The notes: generated by a model not told the origin, from the sequence alone. Counted from the stretch's first letter, positions 8,412 to 19,874 are shown. The stretch: 64,000 nt of DNA from Bacillus subtilis subsp. subtilis str. 168 (GCF_000009045.1 NC_000964.3:744001-808000), one strand, 5' to 3'. Translations and numbers: made by a program.

Positions 8412-9131
8412 ATGGGCCGTAAGTGGAACAATATTAAAGAGAAGAAGGCGTCTAAGGACGCAAATACGAGTCGGATTTATGCGAAGTTTGGCCGTGAGAT
8501 TTATGTGGCGGCGAAACAGGGCGAGCCTGATCCGGAATCCAACCAGGCGCTGAAGGTTGTGCTTGAACGTGCGAAGACTTACAGCGTGCCGAAAAACATC
8601 ATTGAACGTGCGATCGAGAAGGCGAAGGGCGGAGCGGAAGAGAATTACGATGAGCTTCGTTATGAGGGCTTCGGGCCGAACGGATCAATGATTATCGTTG
8701 ATGCGCTGACGAATAATGTAAACCGTACGGCGCCGGAAGTGCGTGCGGCGTTCGGGAAAAACGGCGGAAACATGGGTGTGAGCGGATCTGTTGCTTACAT
8801 GTTTGACGCGACGGCTGTAATCGGTGTGGAAGGCAAAACGGCTGACGAAGCGCTTGAAATCCTGATGGAAGCGGATGTTGATGTACGTGACATTTTAGAA
8901 GAGGATGACAGCGCGATCGTGTATGCCGAGCCTGATCAATTCCATGCGGTGCAAGAGGCGTTTAAAAACGCGGGTGTCGAGGAATTTACAGTAGCGGAGC
9001 TGACAATGCTTGCGCAAAGTGAAGTAACGCTTCCGGATGATGCAAAGGAACAGTTTGAAAAATTGATTGATGCATTAGAAGATTTGGAAGATGTTCAGCA
9101 GGTATATCATAACGTTGATTTAGGTGAGTAA
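8412..9131 (+). CDS. yeeI: YebC/PmpR family protein (YebC2, translation/ribosome-stall factor)
   Basis: [10 protein letters not shown]...D..., [23 protein letters not shown] family signatures. Confidence 0.93.
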   Translation: MGRKWNNIKEKKASKDANTSRIYAKFGREIYVAAKQGEPDPESNQALKVVLERAKTYSVPKNIIERAIEKAKGGAEENYDELRYEGFGPNGSMIIVDALTNNVNRTAPEVRAAFGKNGGNMGVSGSVAYMFDATAVIGVEGKTADEALEILMEADVDVRDILEEDDSAIVYAEPDQFHAVQEAFKNAGVEEFTVAELTMLAQSEVTLPDDAKEQFEKLIDALEDLEDVQQVYHNVDLGE

Positions 9132-9137
9132 GGAGTG

Positions 9138-9164
9138 AGCAGGCTGTTATGGCCTGCTTTTTTT
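9138..9164 (+). terminator. Intrinsic terminator after yeeI
   Basis: AGCAGGC/GCCTGCT stem followed by a T-run. Confidence 0.75.
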
Positions 9165-9204
9165 GTCCCGGAAATTGTTTTAGCTGTATGTAGGCGGCCG
9201 CCTA

Positions 9205-9232
9205 TACGATCTATAAGATATTCTCATACTCT
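9205..9232 (+). promoter_or_regulatory. Candidate SigK promoter of yeeK
   Basis: tACg-N16-CATActcT matches the mACm-N16-CATAnnnT consensus apart from the -35 flanks. Confidence 0.45.
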
Positions 9233-9264
9233 GGACTGTAACCTATGTGAAGGAGAGAGTAAAT

Positions 9265-9702
9265 ATGACTGATACAAGACATATGTATGGCGGACCTGGT
9301 TTTGGTCATTATCAGGGCTTTGGTATTGGCCACCCGGGCTATGGCATGCAAAGCACAGGCTATCCGGGCTATGGCATGTATGGAGGCCACCCGGGCTATG
9401 GCATGCAAGGCTACCCAGATCACGGCATACATGGAGGAGTCGGCGGCTATCCGGGATATGGTGGGTACGGCGGTTACCCAAGCGGCGGCTATGGAGGCTC
9501 TCCGGGAACTGGAAGCTATCCGAGCATGCACCATGAAAATGATGGCCATCACCACTATTATCACCATCATCATGATGGAAAAGATAATCTTCATCACCAT
9601 CATCACCATGTTGGAAAGGATAATCATCACCACCATCATGATGGTCATTATGGCCACCATCATCACCATATGGGCCACTGGGGAAAAGACGGTTATAAAT
9701 AA
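9265..9702 (+). CDS. yeeK: Spore coat protein YeeK (Gly/Tyr-rich repeats, His-rich C-terminus)
   Basis: ATG 9265 after AAGGAGAG; (G/H/Y)PGYGM repeats and poly-His tracts. Confidence 0.9.
   Translation: MTDTRHMYGGPGFGHYQGFGIGHPGYGMQSTGYPGYGMYGGHPGYGMQGYPDHGIHGGVGGYPGYGGYGGYPSGGYGGSPGTGSYPSMHHENDGHHHYYHHHHDGKDNLHHHHHHVGKDNHHHHHDGHYGHHHHHMGHWGKDGYK
9334..9405 (+). repeat. Coding repeat CCGGGCTATGGCATG x3 (PGYGM)
   Basis: Exact 15-mer at 9334, 9364 and 9391. Confidence 0.9.
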
Positions 9703-9724
9703 AGAAGATGATGATAAAAAGAGG

Positions 9725-9753
9725 ACACTCTTGCAGATCAAGAGTGTTTTTTT
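9725..9753 (+). terminator. Intrinsic terminator after yeeK
   Basis: ACACTCTTG/CAAGAGTGT stem followed by a T-run. Confidence 0.75.
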
Positions 9754-9763
9754 AGCTTTTTTC

Positions 9764-9792
9764 TTGACTGTTCAGTCTGGAAAATGGTAACA
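9764..9792 (+). promoter_or_regulatory. SigA promoter of yezE overlapped by a palindromic operator
   Basis: TTGACT-17-TAACAT with TG extension; GACT-gttc-AGTC palindrome covers the -35. Confidence 0.6.
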
Positions 9793-9816
9793 TTTGTTTC
9801 AGGAGGTGATCATTTT

Positions 9817-10401
9817 TTGGGGAGGAATAAAGAATTTGATACGGCGCTTGTTCTTCACAGGGCGATAGAGGTTTTTGGAGAGTATGGCTACGAAGGAACG
9901 TCTCTTCAGGATCTGCTCTCTCATTTAGGCATTGCGCGCCAAAGTTTGTATGATACGTATGGAACGAAGCGTGATTTGTTTTTGTCCGCTGTGAAATCGT
10001 ATCTTGAAGGGAAAAACGCTGCCGTTATGGAAAGGCTTGAAGCGCCAGGATCTGTAAAGGAAGCCATTCGTGATATTTTTCAGGAGGGTGTCAATGCCCT
10101 GAGGGATCCGGAACGGGCGAAGGCGTGCTACATTATTAACAGCGCGATTGAACAGATCCCGCATGACCCTGAGCTTGCCCGGTATTTTGAAAGACAATCC
10201 AAGCAGCTTGAGGACGCTTTTTATCACGGGCTTTTAAGAGCGAAGGATCAAGGAGAATTGAATGGCGAAGATACTGATATATCTGCGCTTGCTCGGTACC
10301 TGAATCAGAGCAGGCTGTCACTGACATTTATTGCAAAAGTGACGGCAGATATGGATCGGCTTCAGGACCATGTTGACGTGAGTTTATCAGTGCTTGATTA
10401 A
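9817..10401 (+). CDS. yezE: TetR-family transcriptional regulator (NemR/ComR-like)
   Basis: TTG 9817 after AGGAGGTG; HTH FGEYGYEGTSLQDLLSHLGIARQSLYDTYGTKRDLF. Confidence 0.9.
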   Translation: MGRNKEFDTALVLHRAIEVFGEYGYEGTSLQDLLSHLGIARQSLYDTYGTKRDLFLSAVKSYLEGKNAAVMERLEAPGSVKEAIRDIFQEGVNALRDPERAKACYIINSAIEQIPHDPELARYFERQSKQLEDAFYHGLLRAKDQGELNGEDTDISALARYLNQSRLSLTFIAKVTADMDRLQDHVDVSLSVLD

Positions 10402-10436
10402 CATGTGGTAAAGGATTCTTTGCCCATGTATGTACT

Positions 10437-10459
10437 TTTTGGACTGAATAGTCTAGAAA
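10437..10459 (+). repeat. 23-bp direct repeat copy 1 / operator-like palindrome upstream of yesE
   Basis: TTTTGGACTGAATAGTCTAGAAA, identical to 11766-11788. Confidence 0.85.
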
Positions 10460-10479
10460 TAAAAATGAGGTGATGATGA

Positions 10480-10923
10480 ATGTTGATGAATGAGTTTGAA
10501 AAAGCATGTGAAACATTGAGAAAGTTTATGGCTTATATGCTTGAGAAGGACATGAAGAGCTGGACGGAGCTTTGGGATGAGAATGCTGTATTTGAGTTTC
10601 CTTATGCGCCGGAGGGATCACCAAAAAGAATAGAAGGAAAAGCGGCCATTTACGATTATATTAAAGATTATCCTAAGCAGATTCATCTTTCTTCATTTAC
10701 CGCTCCGACAGTGTACCGTTCAGCAGACTCGAATACGGTGATTGCGGAGTTTCAATGTGACGGCCATGTGATTGAGACTGGACTGCCTTATCGCCAAAGC
10801 TATATCAGTGTCATCGAAACGAGAGACGGCCGCATTGTGCGTTATAGGGATTATTGGAATCCGCTTGTTGTAAAAGAGGCCTTTGGAGGATCATTTTTGC
10901 AAACAGAGGAGAGTGGGAAATGA
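10480..10923 (+). CDS. yesE: SnoaL/NTF2-like (PhzA/B-like) protein
   Basis: WTELWDENAVFEFPYAP...EGKAAI...DGRIVRYRDYWNP pattern. Confidence 0.85.
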   Translation: MLMNEFEKACETLRKFMAYMLEKDMKSWTELWDENAVFEFPYAPEGSPKRIEGKAAIYDYIKDYPKQIHLSSFTAPTVYRSADSNTVIAEFQCDGHVIETGLPYRQSYISVIETRDGRIVRYRDYWNPLVVKEAFGGSFLQTEESGK

Positions 10924-11780
10924 TGAAACAGAATCCGATTTTAATCACGGGCGGGACCGGCACAGTCGGCAGCCGAATCGCCAGCCGTTTAATAAAGCTG
11001 GGATACAGAGTGCGTATTGCAAGCCGGAAAAAGGGCGCGCTTGCTGATGCTGAGTATGTGTATTTTAATTGGAAGTACGCCTCCAGTTTTACGCCTGCTC
11101 TGGAACAGGTAAAACAGATCTATCTTGTTGCTCCGGTCGGTGTATTTGATCCGGCTCCCTATGTGCTTCCCTTTTTAAAGGAAGCAAAGCGTCTCGGCGC
11201 AAAGCGGGTAGTGATGCAAAGTGCGTCTGTTGTCTCCGAGAACGGTCCCGTGTTTGGCGCGCTTCACCAGGCAGTGCGCGAGTTTCCAGAATGGACGGTG
11301 CTGCGGCCCTCATACTTTATGCAAAATTTCATCAATGTCCAGCACCGCATGTCTATTCAAACGGAGGGGCGCATCACAACGGCTTCGGGTGAAGGAAAAC
11401 TTGGGTTTATTGACGCTGATGACATCGCAGAAACAGCCGTCAGGGCTTTGATTGATGATGTTCCTCATCAAACACATCATATTCTGACAGGTCCCGAGGC
11501 GCTGAGCTATGCCGAAGCGGCGGAGATCATTGGAGCTGCGGCGGGACGCCGGGTGGAGCATGTCAGCATTTCTCGTTCCGAGCTGCAGCATAAAATGGAG
11601 GCAGGAGGTTTGCCCGCGGATTATGCCCATTTTATGGCGAAGCTTGATGAGGCAATTAGCCATGGTGCGGAACATCGGGTAACGGATACAGTGAAGCGTG
11701 TGACGGGAAAAGAACCTCGTTCGCTGTCAGAGTTTGCGGCTGCTCATGCTGCATATTGGACCTCATTTTGGACTGAATAG
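10920..11780 (+). CDS. yesF: NmrA-like NAD(P)-binding oxidoreductase
   Basis: ILITGGTGTVG Rossmann motif, LRPSYFMQNF, FIDADDIA; ATGA overlap with yesE. Confidence 0.85.
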   Translation: MMKQNPILITGGTGTVGSRIASRLIKLGYRVRIASRKKGALADAEYVYFNWKYASSFTPALEQVKQIYLVAPVGVFDPAPYVLPFLKEAKRLGAKRVVMQSASVVSENGPVFGALHQAVREFPEWTVLRPSYFMQNFINVQHRMSIQTEGRITTASGEGKLGFIDADDIAETAVRALIDDVPHQTHHILTGPEALSYAEAAEIIGAAAGRRVEHVSISRSELQHKMEAGGLPADYAHFMAKLDEAISHGAEHRVTDTVKRVTGKEPRSLSEFAAAHAAYWTSFWTE

Positions 11781-11788
11781 TCTAGAAA
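11766..11788 (+). repeat. 23-bp direct repeat copy 2 at the end of yesF
   Basis: Identical to 10437-10459; encodes the last codons FWTE* of yesF. Confidence 0.85.
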
Positions 11789-11816
11789 GACCTTCGGCGC
11801 TTCCGAAGGTCTTCTT
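11787..11816 (+). terminator. Terminator after yesF
   Basis: AAGACCTTCGG/CCGAAGGTCTT stem followed by a short pyrimidine tail. Confidence 0.7.
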
Positions 11817-11842
11817 ATTGAAAAAGCTAAGTCGTGTTTTAG

Positions 11843-11871
11843 TCATAATCATGCCTCCTGCCTCATACCTA
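11843..11871 (+). promoter_or_regulatory. SigE promoter of cotJ operon
   Basis: TCATAAT-N14-CATACCT matches the SigE consensus; cotJ is a known SigE operon. Confidence 0.75.
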
Positions 11872-11906
11872 TTAAGGTCATTGTTTTTGAGAAAGGAGGA
11901 GCCGGA

Positions 11907-12155
11907 ATGAAGGATATGCAGCCGTTTACGCCTGTCAAATCATATACGCCCTTTCACAGCCGTTTTGATCCCTGTCCGCCCATAGGGAAGAAATATTACA
12001 GAACGCCCCCTAACCTTTATATGACCTTTCAGCCTGAGCACATGGAGCAGTTTTCGCCGATGGAGGCTTTGAGGAAAGGCACCCTTTGGAAGGATCTCTA
12101 TGATTTTTATGAAAACCCTTATCGAGGGGGAGACGCACATGGCAAAAAAGGTTGA
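11907..12155 (+). CDS. cotJA: Spore coat-associated protein CotJA
   Basis: [17 protein letters not shown]-type motif ([17 protein letters not shown]); strong SD. Confidence 0.92.
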
Positions 12156-12402
12156 CGCCGAATATTATCGTCAGCTAGAGCAAATACAGGCTGCTGATTT
12201 TGTGCTTGTTGAGCTGAGTCTTTATTTAAATACACATCCTCATGATGAAGATGCGTTGAAGCAATTCAATCAATATTCCGGCTATTCAAGGCACTTAAAA
12301 AGACAGTTCGAATCCTCTTACGGACCGCTTCTGCAGTTCGGCAACAGCCCCGCGGGCAAGGATTGGGATTGGGGAAAAGGGCCATGGCCGTGGCAAGTAT
12401 AA
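12139..12402 (+). CDS. cotJB: Spore coat protein CotJB
   Basis: ATG 12139 after GAGGGGG; [15 protein letters not shown]...YGPL...WPWQ. Confidence 0.92.
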
Positions 12403-12416
12403 GGAGGAATGCCTGA

Positions 12417-12986
12417 ATGTGGGTGTATGAAAAGAAGCTGCAATACCCTGTCAAGGTCAGTACGTGCAACCCGACGCTGGCGAAGTATTTGATTGAGCAG
12501 TATGGCGGAGCGGACGGCGAGCTGGCCGCGGCTCTCCGGTATTTGAACCAGCGTTATACGATTCCTGATAAGGTCATCGGCCTTTTAACAGATATCGGCA
12601 CGGAGGAGTTTGCCCATTTGGAAATGATTGCGACCATGGTCTATAAGTTAACGAAAGACGCCACACCGGAGCAGCTGCGTGAAGCTGGGCTTGGCGATCA
12701 TTACGTCAATCACGACAGCGCGCTTTTTTATCATAATGCGGCGGGCGTGCCGTTTACCGCGAGCTATATCCAAGCGAAGGGCGATCCGATTGCCGATTTA
12801 TACGAAGATATTGCCGCAGAAGAAAAGGCGCGGGCGACGTATCAATGGCTGATTGATATTTCGGATGATCCTGATTTAAACGATTCCCTGCGTTTTTTGC
12901 GTGAGCGTGAAATCGTACACTCTATGCGCTTCAGAGAAGCGGTTGAAATTTTAAAAGAAGAACGGGATAAAAAGAAGATTTTCTAA
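12417..12986 (+). CDS. cotJC: Spore coat protein CotJC (Mn-catalase-like)
   Basis: EQYGGADGELAAALRY, DIGTEEFAH, EEKAR, REIVH ferritin-like metal ligands. Confidence 0.95.
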   Translation: MWVYEKKLQYPVKVSTCNPTLAKYLIEQYGGADGELAAALRYLNQRYTIPDKVIGLLTDIGTEEFAHLEMIATMVYKLTKDATPEQLREAGLGDHYVNHDSALFYHNAAGVPFTASYIQAKGDPIADLYEDIAAEEKARATYQWLIDISDDPDLNDSLRFLREREIVHSMRFREAVEILKEERDKKKIF

Positions 12987-13110
12987 TAGGCAGATTGGCC
13001 TCTCTTTCATACACCCTTTTACATACAGAGAAAATGGTCTGTTTTTGCAGTTTGGTCTGCATTATAATCAAGGTGTGTGTGCAAGCTTACTTTTTGATTG
13101 GGAGGCCTTT

Positions 13111-13653
13111 ATGACAGCTTTTAAGATTGAGAACGAAACGATTGCAGATGGATTTTACGCGTGTCCGGCCGTCTATGAGGATGCAGAATCGATTACCGGG
13201 TTGCTCGTCCGAACAGCTGAATGGCTCCGGGATCGGGGTTCTAACCAATGGAGCGGACTTCTCAAAGGGCAAGATATACATGATATCACGGGGTCAATTG
13301 AAAAGGGACATGTGTTTGTGTTTAAAAAAGATGAAGAGCTTGCGGCTGTCGTGATGCTGCTGCCTGCACCGAGCGAGTGGGACCGGACGCTTTGGGGAGA
13401 CGATGGGCATGAGGAGTCCATTTATTTACACCGCCTCGCAGTAAGCCGCCGGTTTGCGGGACAGGGGCTTGGAGCCCGCGTCCTTCAGTGGGCGGAGACG
13501 GGCATACACTTTCCGGAAAAAACGCGGATCCGGCTTGACTGTGTCGCTGATAGTGACGCCCTGCATTCCTTTTATCGGCGTATGGGATATGAATTCATGG
13601 GTGCTGATGCGTCCGGATATCATTTGTTTGAGAAAGAGATTACGGCAGAATAA
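13111..13653 (+). CDS. yesJ: GNAT family acetyltransferase
   Basis: ATG 13111 after GGAGG; YLHRLAVSRRFAGQGLGARVL acetyl-CoA motif A. Confidence 0.88.
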   Translation: MTAFKIENETIADGFYACPAVYEDAESITGLLVRTAEWLRDRGSNQWSGLLKGQDIHDITGSIEKGHVFVFKKDEELAAVVMLLPAPSEWDRTLWGDDGHEESIYLHRLAVSRRFAGQGLGARVLQWAETGIHFPEKTRIRLDCVADSDALHSFYRRMGYEFMGADASGYHLFEKEITAE

Positions 13654-13705
13654 GCGTCCTTTGCAGGGGGCTTTTTTGTCTTTTTCTAAAAGGGAGGCAG
13701 GCGAT

Positions 13706-13978
13706 GTGTGGTCAATATTATTTGTGACAGGGATTGTGACGGCTTGTCTGTTTGCTGGCGTATCCGTATTGATGCGGATGAGATTTCCTGACAAAAGTCG
13801 GCCGGAATGGATGTTGGCCGGGCTGATCGTCCTTGGTGTGTTTGCGATCTGGTACAGCCTCGTGTATGTACGCGGCTGGGAAGGGGCTGCGCTCGGAATG
13901 CTTGGATTCAATGTCATTTTCGGAGCCATTGCCGGATATTTGATCGATAAGGCCATCCGGCGTTACAGGAAAAGATAA
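13706..13978 (+). CDS. yesK: Small membrane protein YesK (about 3 TM)
   Basis: In-frame GTG 13706 is 8 nt after GGGAGG; hydrophobic. The ORF-track start at 13454 overlaps yesJ. Confidence 0.75.
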   Translation: MWSILFVTGIVTACLFAGVSVLMRMRFPDKSRPEWMLAGLIVLGVFAIWYSLVYVRGWEGAALGMLGFNVIFGAIAGYLIDKAIRRYRKR

Positions 13979-14064
13979 GGCTGCTGCCGTCTCTCAACAG
14001 GTCGAAATTTTCACAGACCGGCAGGAATTTTCTTTCGAAAGGAGAAATACATATTACTTTAAAA

Positions 14065-14078
14065 TGAAAGCGTTTTCC
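14065..14078 (+). promoter_or_regulatory. cre (CcpA) site upstream of yesL
   Basis: TGAAAGCGTTTTCC vs consensus TGWAARCGYTWNCW; abuts TAAAAT -10 (14060-14065). Confidence 0.7.
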
Positions 14079-14092
14079 AAAGCAGGAAGGTG

Positions 14093-14722
14093 ATGTTGAT
14101 GATACACAGTGTGGCAAATGGGCTGAATCATTTTTGTACGTGGGTGATGAGACTGGCCTATTTGAATGTGCTTTGGATTTTGTTTTCTCTTGCAGGCCTG
14201 GTTGTATTTGGGCTGATGCCCGCTACTGCCGCGATGTTTACAGTGGCGAGAGAATGGGCGAAGGGGAATACAGATGCCCCGGTGTTTTCTGTCTTTTTTC
14301 GGACGTTTAAAAAGGAATGGCGGGCATCACAGATCCTCGGGCTTATCGTTGTGACGGCTGCCCTGTTTCTGTTTGCGGATATGCGGATAGCGGCTCAGAT
14401 GGACCAGCCTGTGCTCGTCAATGTATTCGTGAGCATTAGTTTGATTTTCGCGTTTGTTGTGCTGTATGTGTTCCCGGTATTTTCTCATTTTGACGTAAAA
14501 ATCAGAGAGGTGCTGAGCATCAGCTTTTTCATTGCCTTCAGTCGTCCGGCGGTGACGCTTTTGATGGCAGCGGGCGCTGTCGGTGTGCTTTGTCTCGTTC
14601 TGTTTCATGTCACGTTTCTATTGTTTTTCAGCGGGAGTTTACTCAGCCTGATCTTAACGAAGCTGTCCTTTAAAGCGTTTCGGTCAATGGATCAGCGGCA
14701 GGAGAAAGAAAAGGCGGCATGA
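14093..14722 (+). CDS. yesL: DUF624 (YesL-family) membrane protein
   Basis: LAYLNVLWIL..GLMPATAAMF...FFRTFKKEW family pattern. Confidence 0.85.
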   Translation: MLMIHSVANGLNHFCTWVMRLAYLNVLWILFSLAGLVVFGLMPATAAMFTVAREWAKGNTDAPVFSVFFRTFKKEWRASQILGLIVVTAALFLFADMRIAAQMDQPVLVNVFVSISLIFAFVVLYVFPVFSHFDVKIREVLSISFFIAFSRPAVTLLMAAGAVGVLCLVLFHVTFLLFFSGSLLSLILTKLSFKAFRSMDQRQEKEKAA

Positions 14723-16452
14723 AGAAAAGAGTTGCTGGCTGGTACAGGCGGATGAAGATTAAGGATAAGCTGTTTGTGTTTCTATCGTTGATTATGGCCG
14801 TATCCTTTCTGTTTGTATACAGCGGGGTCCAGTATGCCTTTCATGTGTATGATGAGCAGATTTACCGCAAGTCCTCGGAGGTGCTTCGGATGTCTTCTGA
14901 AAGGATCGAAGACGAGCTGAAGAAGATAGAGGATGTGTCATATGAAATCATTACAGACGAACAGATTCAGCGCATCCTGAGCATGCAAAATCGGGATGAT
15001 ACGTATGATCAATATCAAATGAAGCAGGAGCTGTGGGATCAGCTTGCGGGATATGCCAGCGATGAAAAGTACATCGATTCCATTCATGTGATTGATGCCC
15101 GCGGCTCAGAGTATTCAGCCGGAAGCAGTTCTTCAGATCTTTTGCAGCAGGAGCAGGAAGAGGTATTTAAGCGAGCGAAAGCGAAAAGTGGAAGAAATCT
15201 TTGGATGACGCTCGGCGGGTCAGACCCCGTCCTGATTTCAGCACGGCAGATCAGGTCCTATCACCAGCTGAGTCTGAACGGCTTGGGCATGGTACTGATC
15301 CAGGTCAATGTAAAACAGATGATTCGTGATGTGCCGAAGGATTGGGGCGATTCAGTCGGAGACATTATGATTGCTGACCAAGGCGGTAATTTGGTGTATA
15401 CGGCACATGCATCAGCGCATGTTCCTGAGGCAGCAAAAGAGACGTTGAAGCACCCCGGTTATGACTTGATAAAAAAGAATGGCAAACGTTACTTTATTTC
15501 TTATCTTCAATCATCCTACCAAAATTGGAGCTACTATAACGTTATCCCCTTTGATCAGATGTTCGCAAAAATTTCCTTTATGAAAACAGTGATCGGCACA
15601 TGCTTTCTTCTCTTTTTCTGTGTGGTTTTGCTTTTCGGAAGGAAAATCGCCAACAGCATCACGGAGCCGATTGAACAGCTTGTGACCGCGATGAAATCGG
15701 TACAGCACAGCGGCATTGAAGCAGGTGTGTCGCTTTCTCTGCCGGAACATACACAGGATGAGGCCGGCATGCTGAACCGCCATTTTACTGTCATGATGAA
15801 ACGGATTAATGAGCTGATGGAAGAAAATGTGGAAAAACAGCTCATCATTAAAGAAACCGAATTGAAAGCACTGCAAGCCCAGATCAATCCGCATTTTTTA
15901 TATAACACGCTCGAGTCCATCAATTGGCTGGCCAAGGCGAATCAGCAAAAGCAAATCTCAAAAATGGTGGAATCGCTCGGTTTTCTTCTGCGAAACAGCA
16001 TACATATGAAGAAGGATATCGTGACCATTCAGGAGGAGGCGGACATTGTACGTCACTATATGACCATTCAGCGATTTCGATTTGAAGAGCGCCTGAAATT
16101 CACGTTGGATATTGACGATGAGGTGAAGCATTGCCTCATTCCGAAACTGACGCTCCAGCCGCTTGCGGAAAATGCGATTCAATACGCGCTTGAACCCTTT
16201 ACAAGGCCATGCGCCATCCGGATTCAGGCGAAAAAGGCGAAGGGCTGTGTCTGTATTACGGTCGAAGATAACGGCCCTGGCATGGATGGACGGATTCTTG
16301 AATCAACGGGTGGAAGAGGAATCGGACTTTGGAATATTCGCGAGCGCATCAGCCTGACATTCGGAGAGCCATACGGATTGCGGATTCATAGTGAGCATGA
16401 AAAGGGGACGAGGATTGTGATCACAATACCGTGCCGAAATGAGGTGGTGTGA
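14719..16452 (+). CDS. yesM: Two-component sensor histidine kinase (Cache-HAMP-His_kinase)
   Basis: Two TMs, HAMP, ELKALQAQINPHFLYNTLE, PLAENAIQY, DNGPG, GIGLWNI. Confidence 0.95.
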   Translation: MKKRVAGWYRRMKIKDKLFVFLSLIMAVSFLFVYSGVQYAFHVYDEQIYRKSSEVLRMSSERIEDELKKIEDVSYEIITDEQIQRILSMQNRDDTYDQYQMKQELWDQLAGYASDEKYIDSIHVIDARGSEYSAGSSSSDLLQQEQEEVFKRAKAKSGRNLWMTLGGSDPVLISARQIRSYHQLSLNGLGMVLIQVNVKQMIRDVPKDWGDSVGDIMIADQGGNLVYTAHASAHVPEAAKETLKHPGYDLIKKNGKRYFISYLQSSYQNWSYYNVIPFDQMFAKISFMKTVIGTCFLLFFCVVLLFGRKIANSITEPIEQLVTAMKSVQHSGIEAGVSLSLPEHTQDEAGMLNRHFTVMMKRINELMEENVEKQLIIKETELKALQAQINPHFLYNTLESINWLAKANQQKQISKMVESLGFLLRNSIHMKKDIVTIQEEADIVRHYMTIQRFRFEERLKFTLDIDDEVKHCLIPKLTLQPLAENAIQYALEPFTRPCAIRIQAKKAKGCVCITVEDNGPGMDGRILESTGGRGIGLWNIRERISLTFGEPYGLRIHSEHEKGTRIVITIPCRNEVV

Positions 16453-17558
16453 TGTATAAAATACTGCTGGCTGATGATGAGAGGATTATCCTTGATGGAA
16501 TGGCGGGAATCATTGAGTGGGAGTCGCTTGGCGCCTCATTGATCGGAAAAGCGCAGAACGGACATGAAGCATATGAAAAGATTGTACATAAGCAGCCGCA
16601 TATCGTCATCACAGACGTCAAAATGCCCGGCATGGACGGGCTTGAGCTGATCAAAAAGGTGTCAGCCGTCAGCCCGTCGGTGCAATTTATCGTCCTGTCC
16701 GGGTTTGGAGAGTTTGAGTACGCAAAGGAAGCCATGAAATATGGGGTGAAGCATTATTTGCTGAAACCCTGCAATGAACAGCAGATTATCAGCTCGCTGG
16801 AGGAAATCATTGCTGAGCTGAAGCGGCAAGATGTGCACAAAAAGAAAACAGCCCATCTGAAACACGAGCTGGACCATATCCGTTCCTTTGCAGCCGATCA
16901 ATACTTGGAAGGCTTGATCGCCGGTGTGGCCCAGCTTTCTCCGCCGCCTTCACTTGCCGGAAAAAAGATCCGCCTCTTGATCTTAAAAGGGGAACAATCT
17001 ATTGATGCTGCAGCCAGAGAGGCACTCGGATCGGCACTGACAGCGGTTTGCAGCAGCGGTGAATGGACCGTGCTCGCCGTAGAGGAGAACGCCGCTGAAA
17101 AGGTGGCGGAGGTTTTTGCGGACCGCAAGATGGCCATCAGTCAGGCGGGAGAACTCCGGCACGCGGGGCAGCTGTTTCGTGACACAGCTGAAGCGTCTGG
17201 TGACCTGCATGGGAGCGCAGTGATTTCAAAAATGATCAGGCTTATTGCCGACGAGCTCGGAAATCCGAATCTGTCCTTAAAATGGGCGGCGAAGGATATG
17301 CTGTTTATGAATCCTGATTATCTCGGGAAGTTATTTAAGCAGGAAACAGGCGAGAAATTTTCCCAATATGTTACACGGGTGCGTCTTGAGCATGCGATGA
17401 AGCAGATGAAAATAAGGAGGGACGTGAGCGTTTCAGAAATTGCTGAAGAAATCGGGTTTGGCGATAATCCGAAGTATTTCAGTCTTGTTTTTAAAAAATA
17501 TACCGGTCTGACACCGTCAGAATTCAGAAGAAAACAGGGAGGCGCTTCCGCAGGATAG
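16452..17558 (+). CDS. yesN: Two-component response regulator with AraC HTH
   Basis: Receiver (ADDE, TDVKMPGMDG, YLLKP) plus C-terminal AraC (YLGKLFKQETG, YFSLVFKKYTGLTPSEFR). Confidence 0.95.
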   Translation: MYKILLADDERIILDGMAGIIEWESLGASLIGKAQNGHEAYEKIVHKQPHIVITDVKMPGMDGLELIKKVSAVSPSVQFIVLSGFGEFEYAKEAMKYGVKHYLLKPCNEQQIISSLEEIIAELKRQDVHKKKTAHLKHELDHIRSFAADQYLEGLIAGVAQLSPPPSLAGKKIRLLILKGEQSIDAAAREALGSALTAVCSSGEWTVLAVEENAAEKVAEVFADRKMAISQAGELRHAGQLFRDTAEASGDLHGSAVISKMIRLIADELGNPNLSLKWAAKDMLFMNPDYLGKLFKQETGEKFSQYVTRVRLEHAMKQMKIRRDVSVSEIAEEIGFGDNPKYFSLVFKKYTGLTPSEFRRKQGGASAG

Positions 17559-17628
17559 CCATCTCTGTTTTTTTGACTTTCGCCACTGTTTTTTGAGTGT
17601 TTCGCCCTATCCGAACGCTTTAAAATAA

Positions 17629-19871
<2,243 letters not shown>

Positions 19872-19874
19872 CGG

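Noticed and set aside
9211-9790. Long alternative-frame and antisense ORFs over yeeK (176 aa and 167 aa)
   Set aside because: By-products of the CAT/CAC and GGC-TAT repeat codons, which lack stops in other frames.
13426-13956. 176-aa antisense ORF and the 174-aa extended yesK
   Set aside because: Shadows of yesJ/yesK with no SD or family signal.
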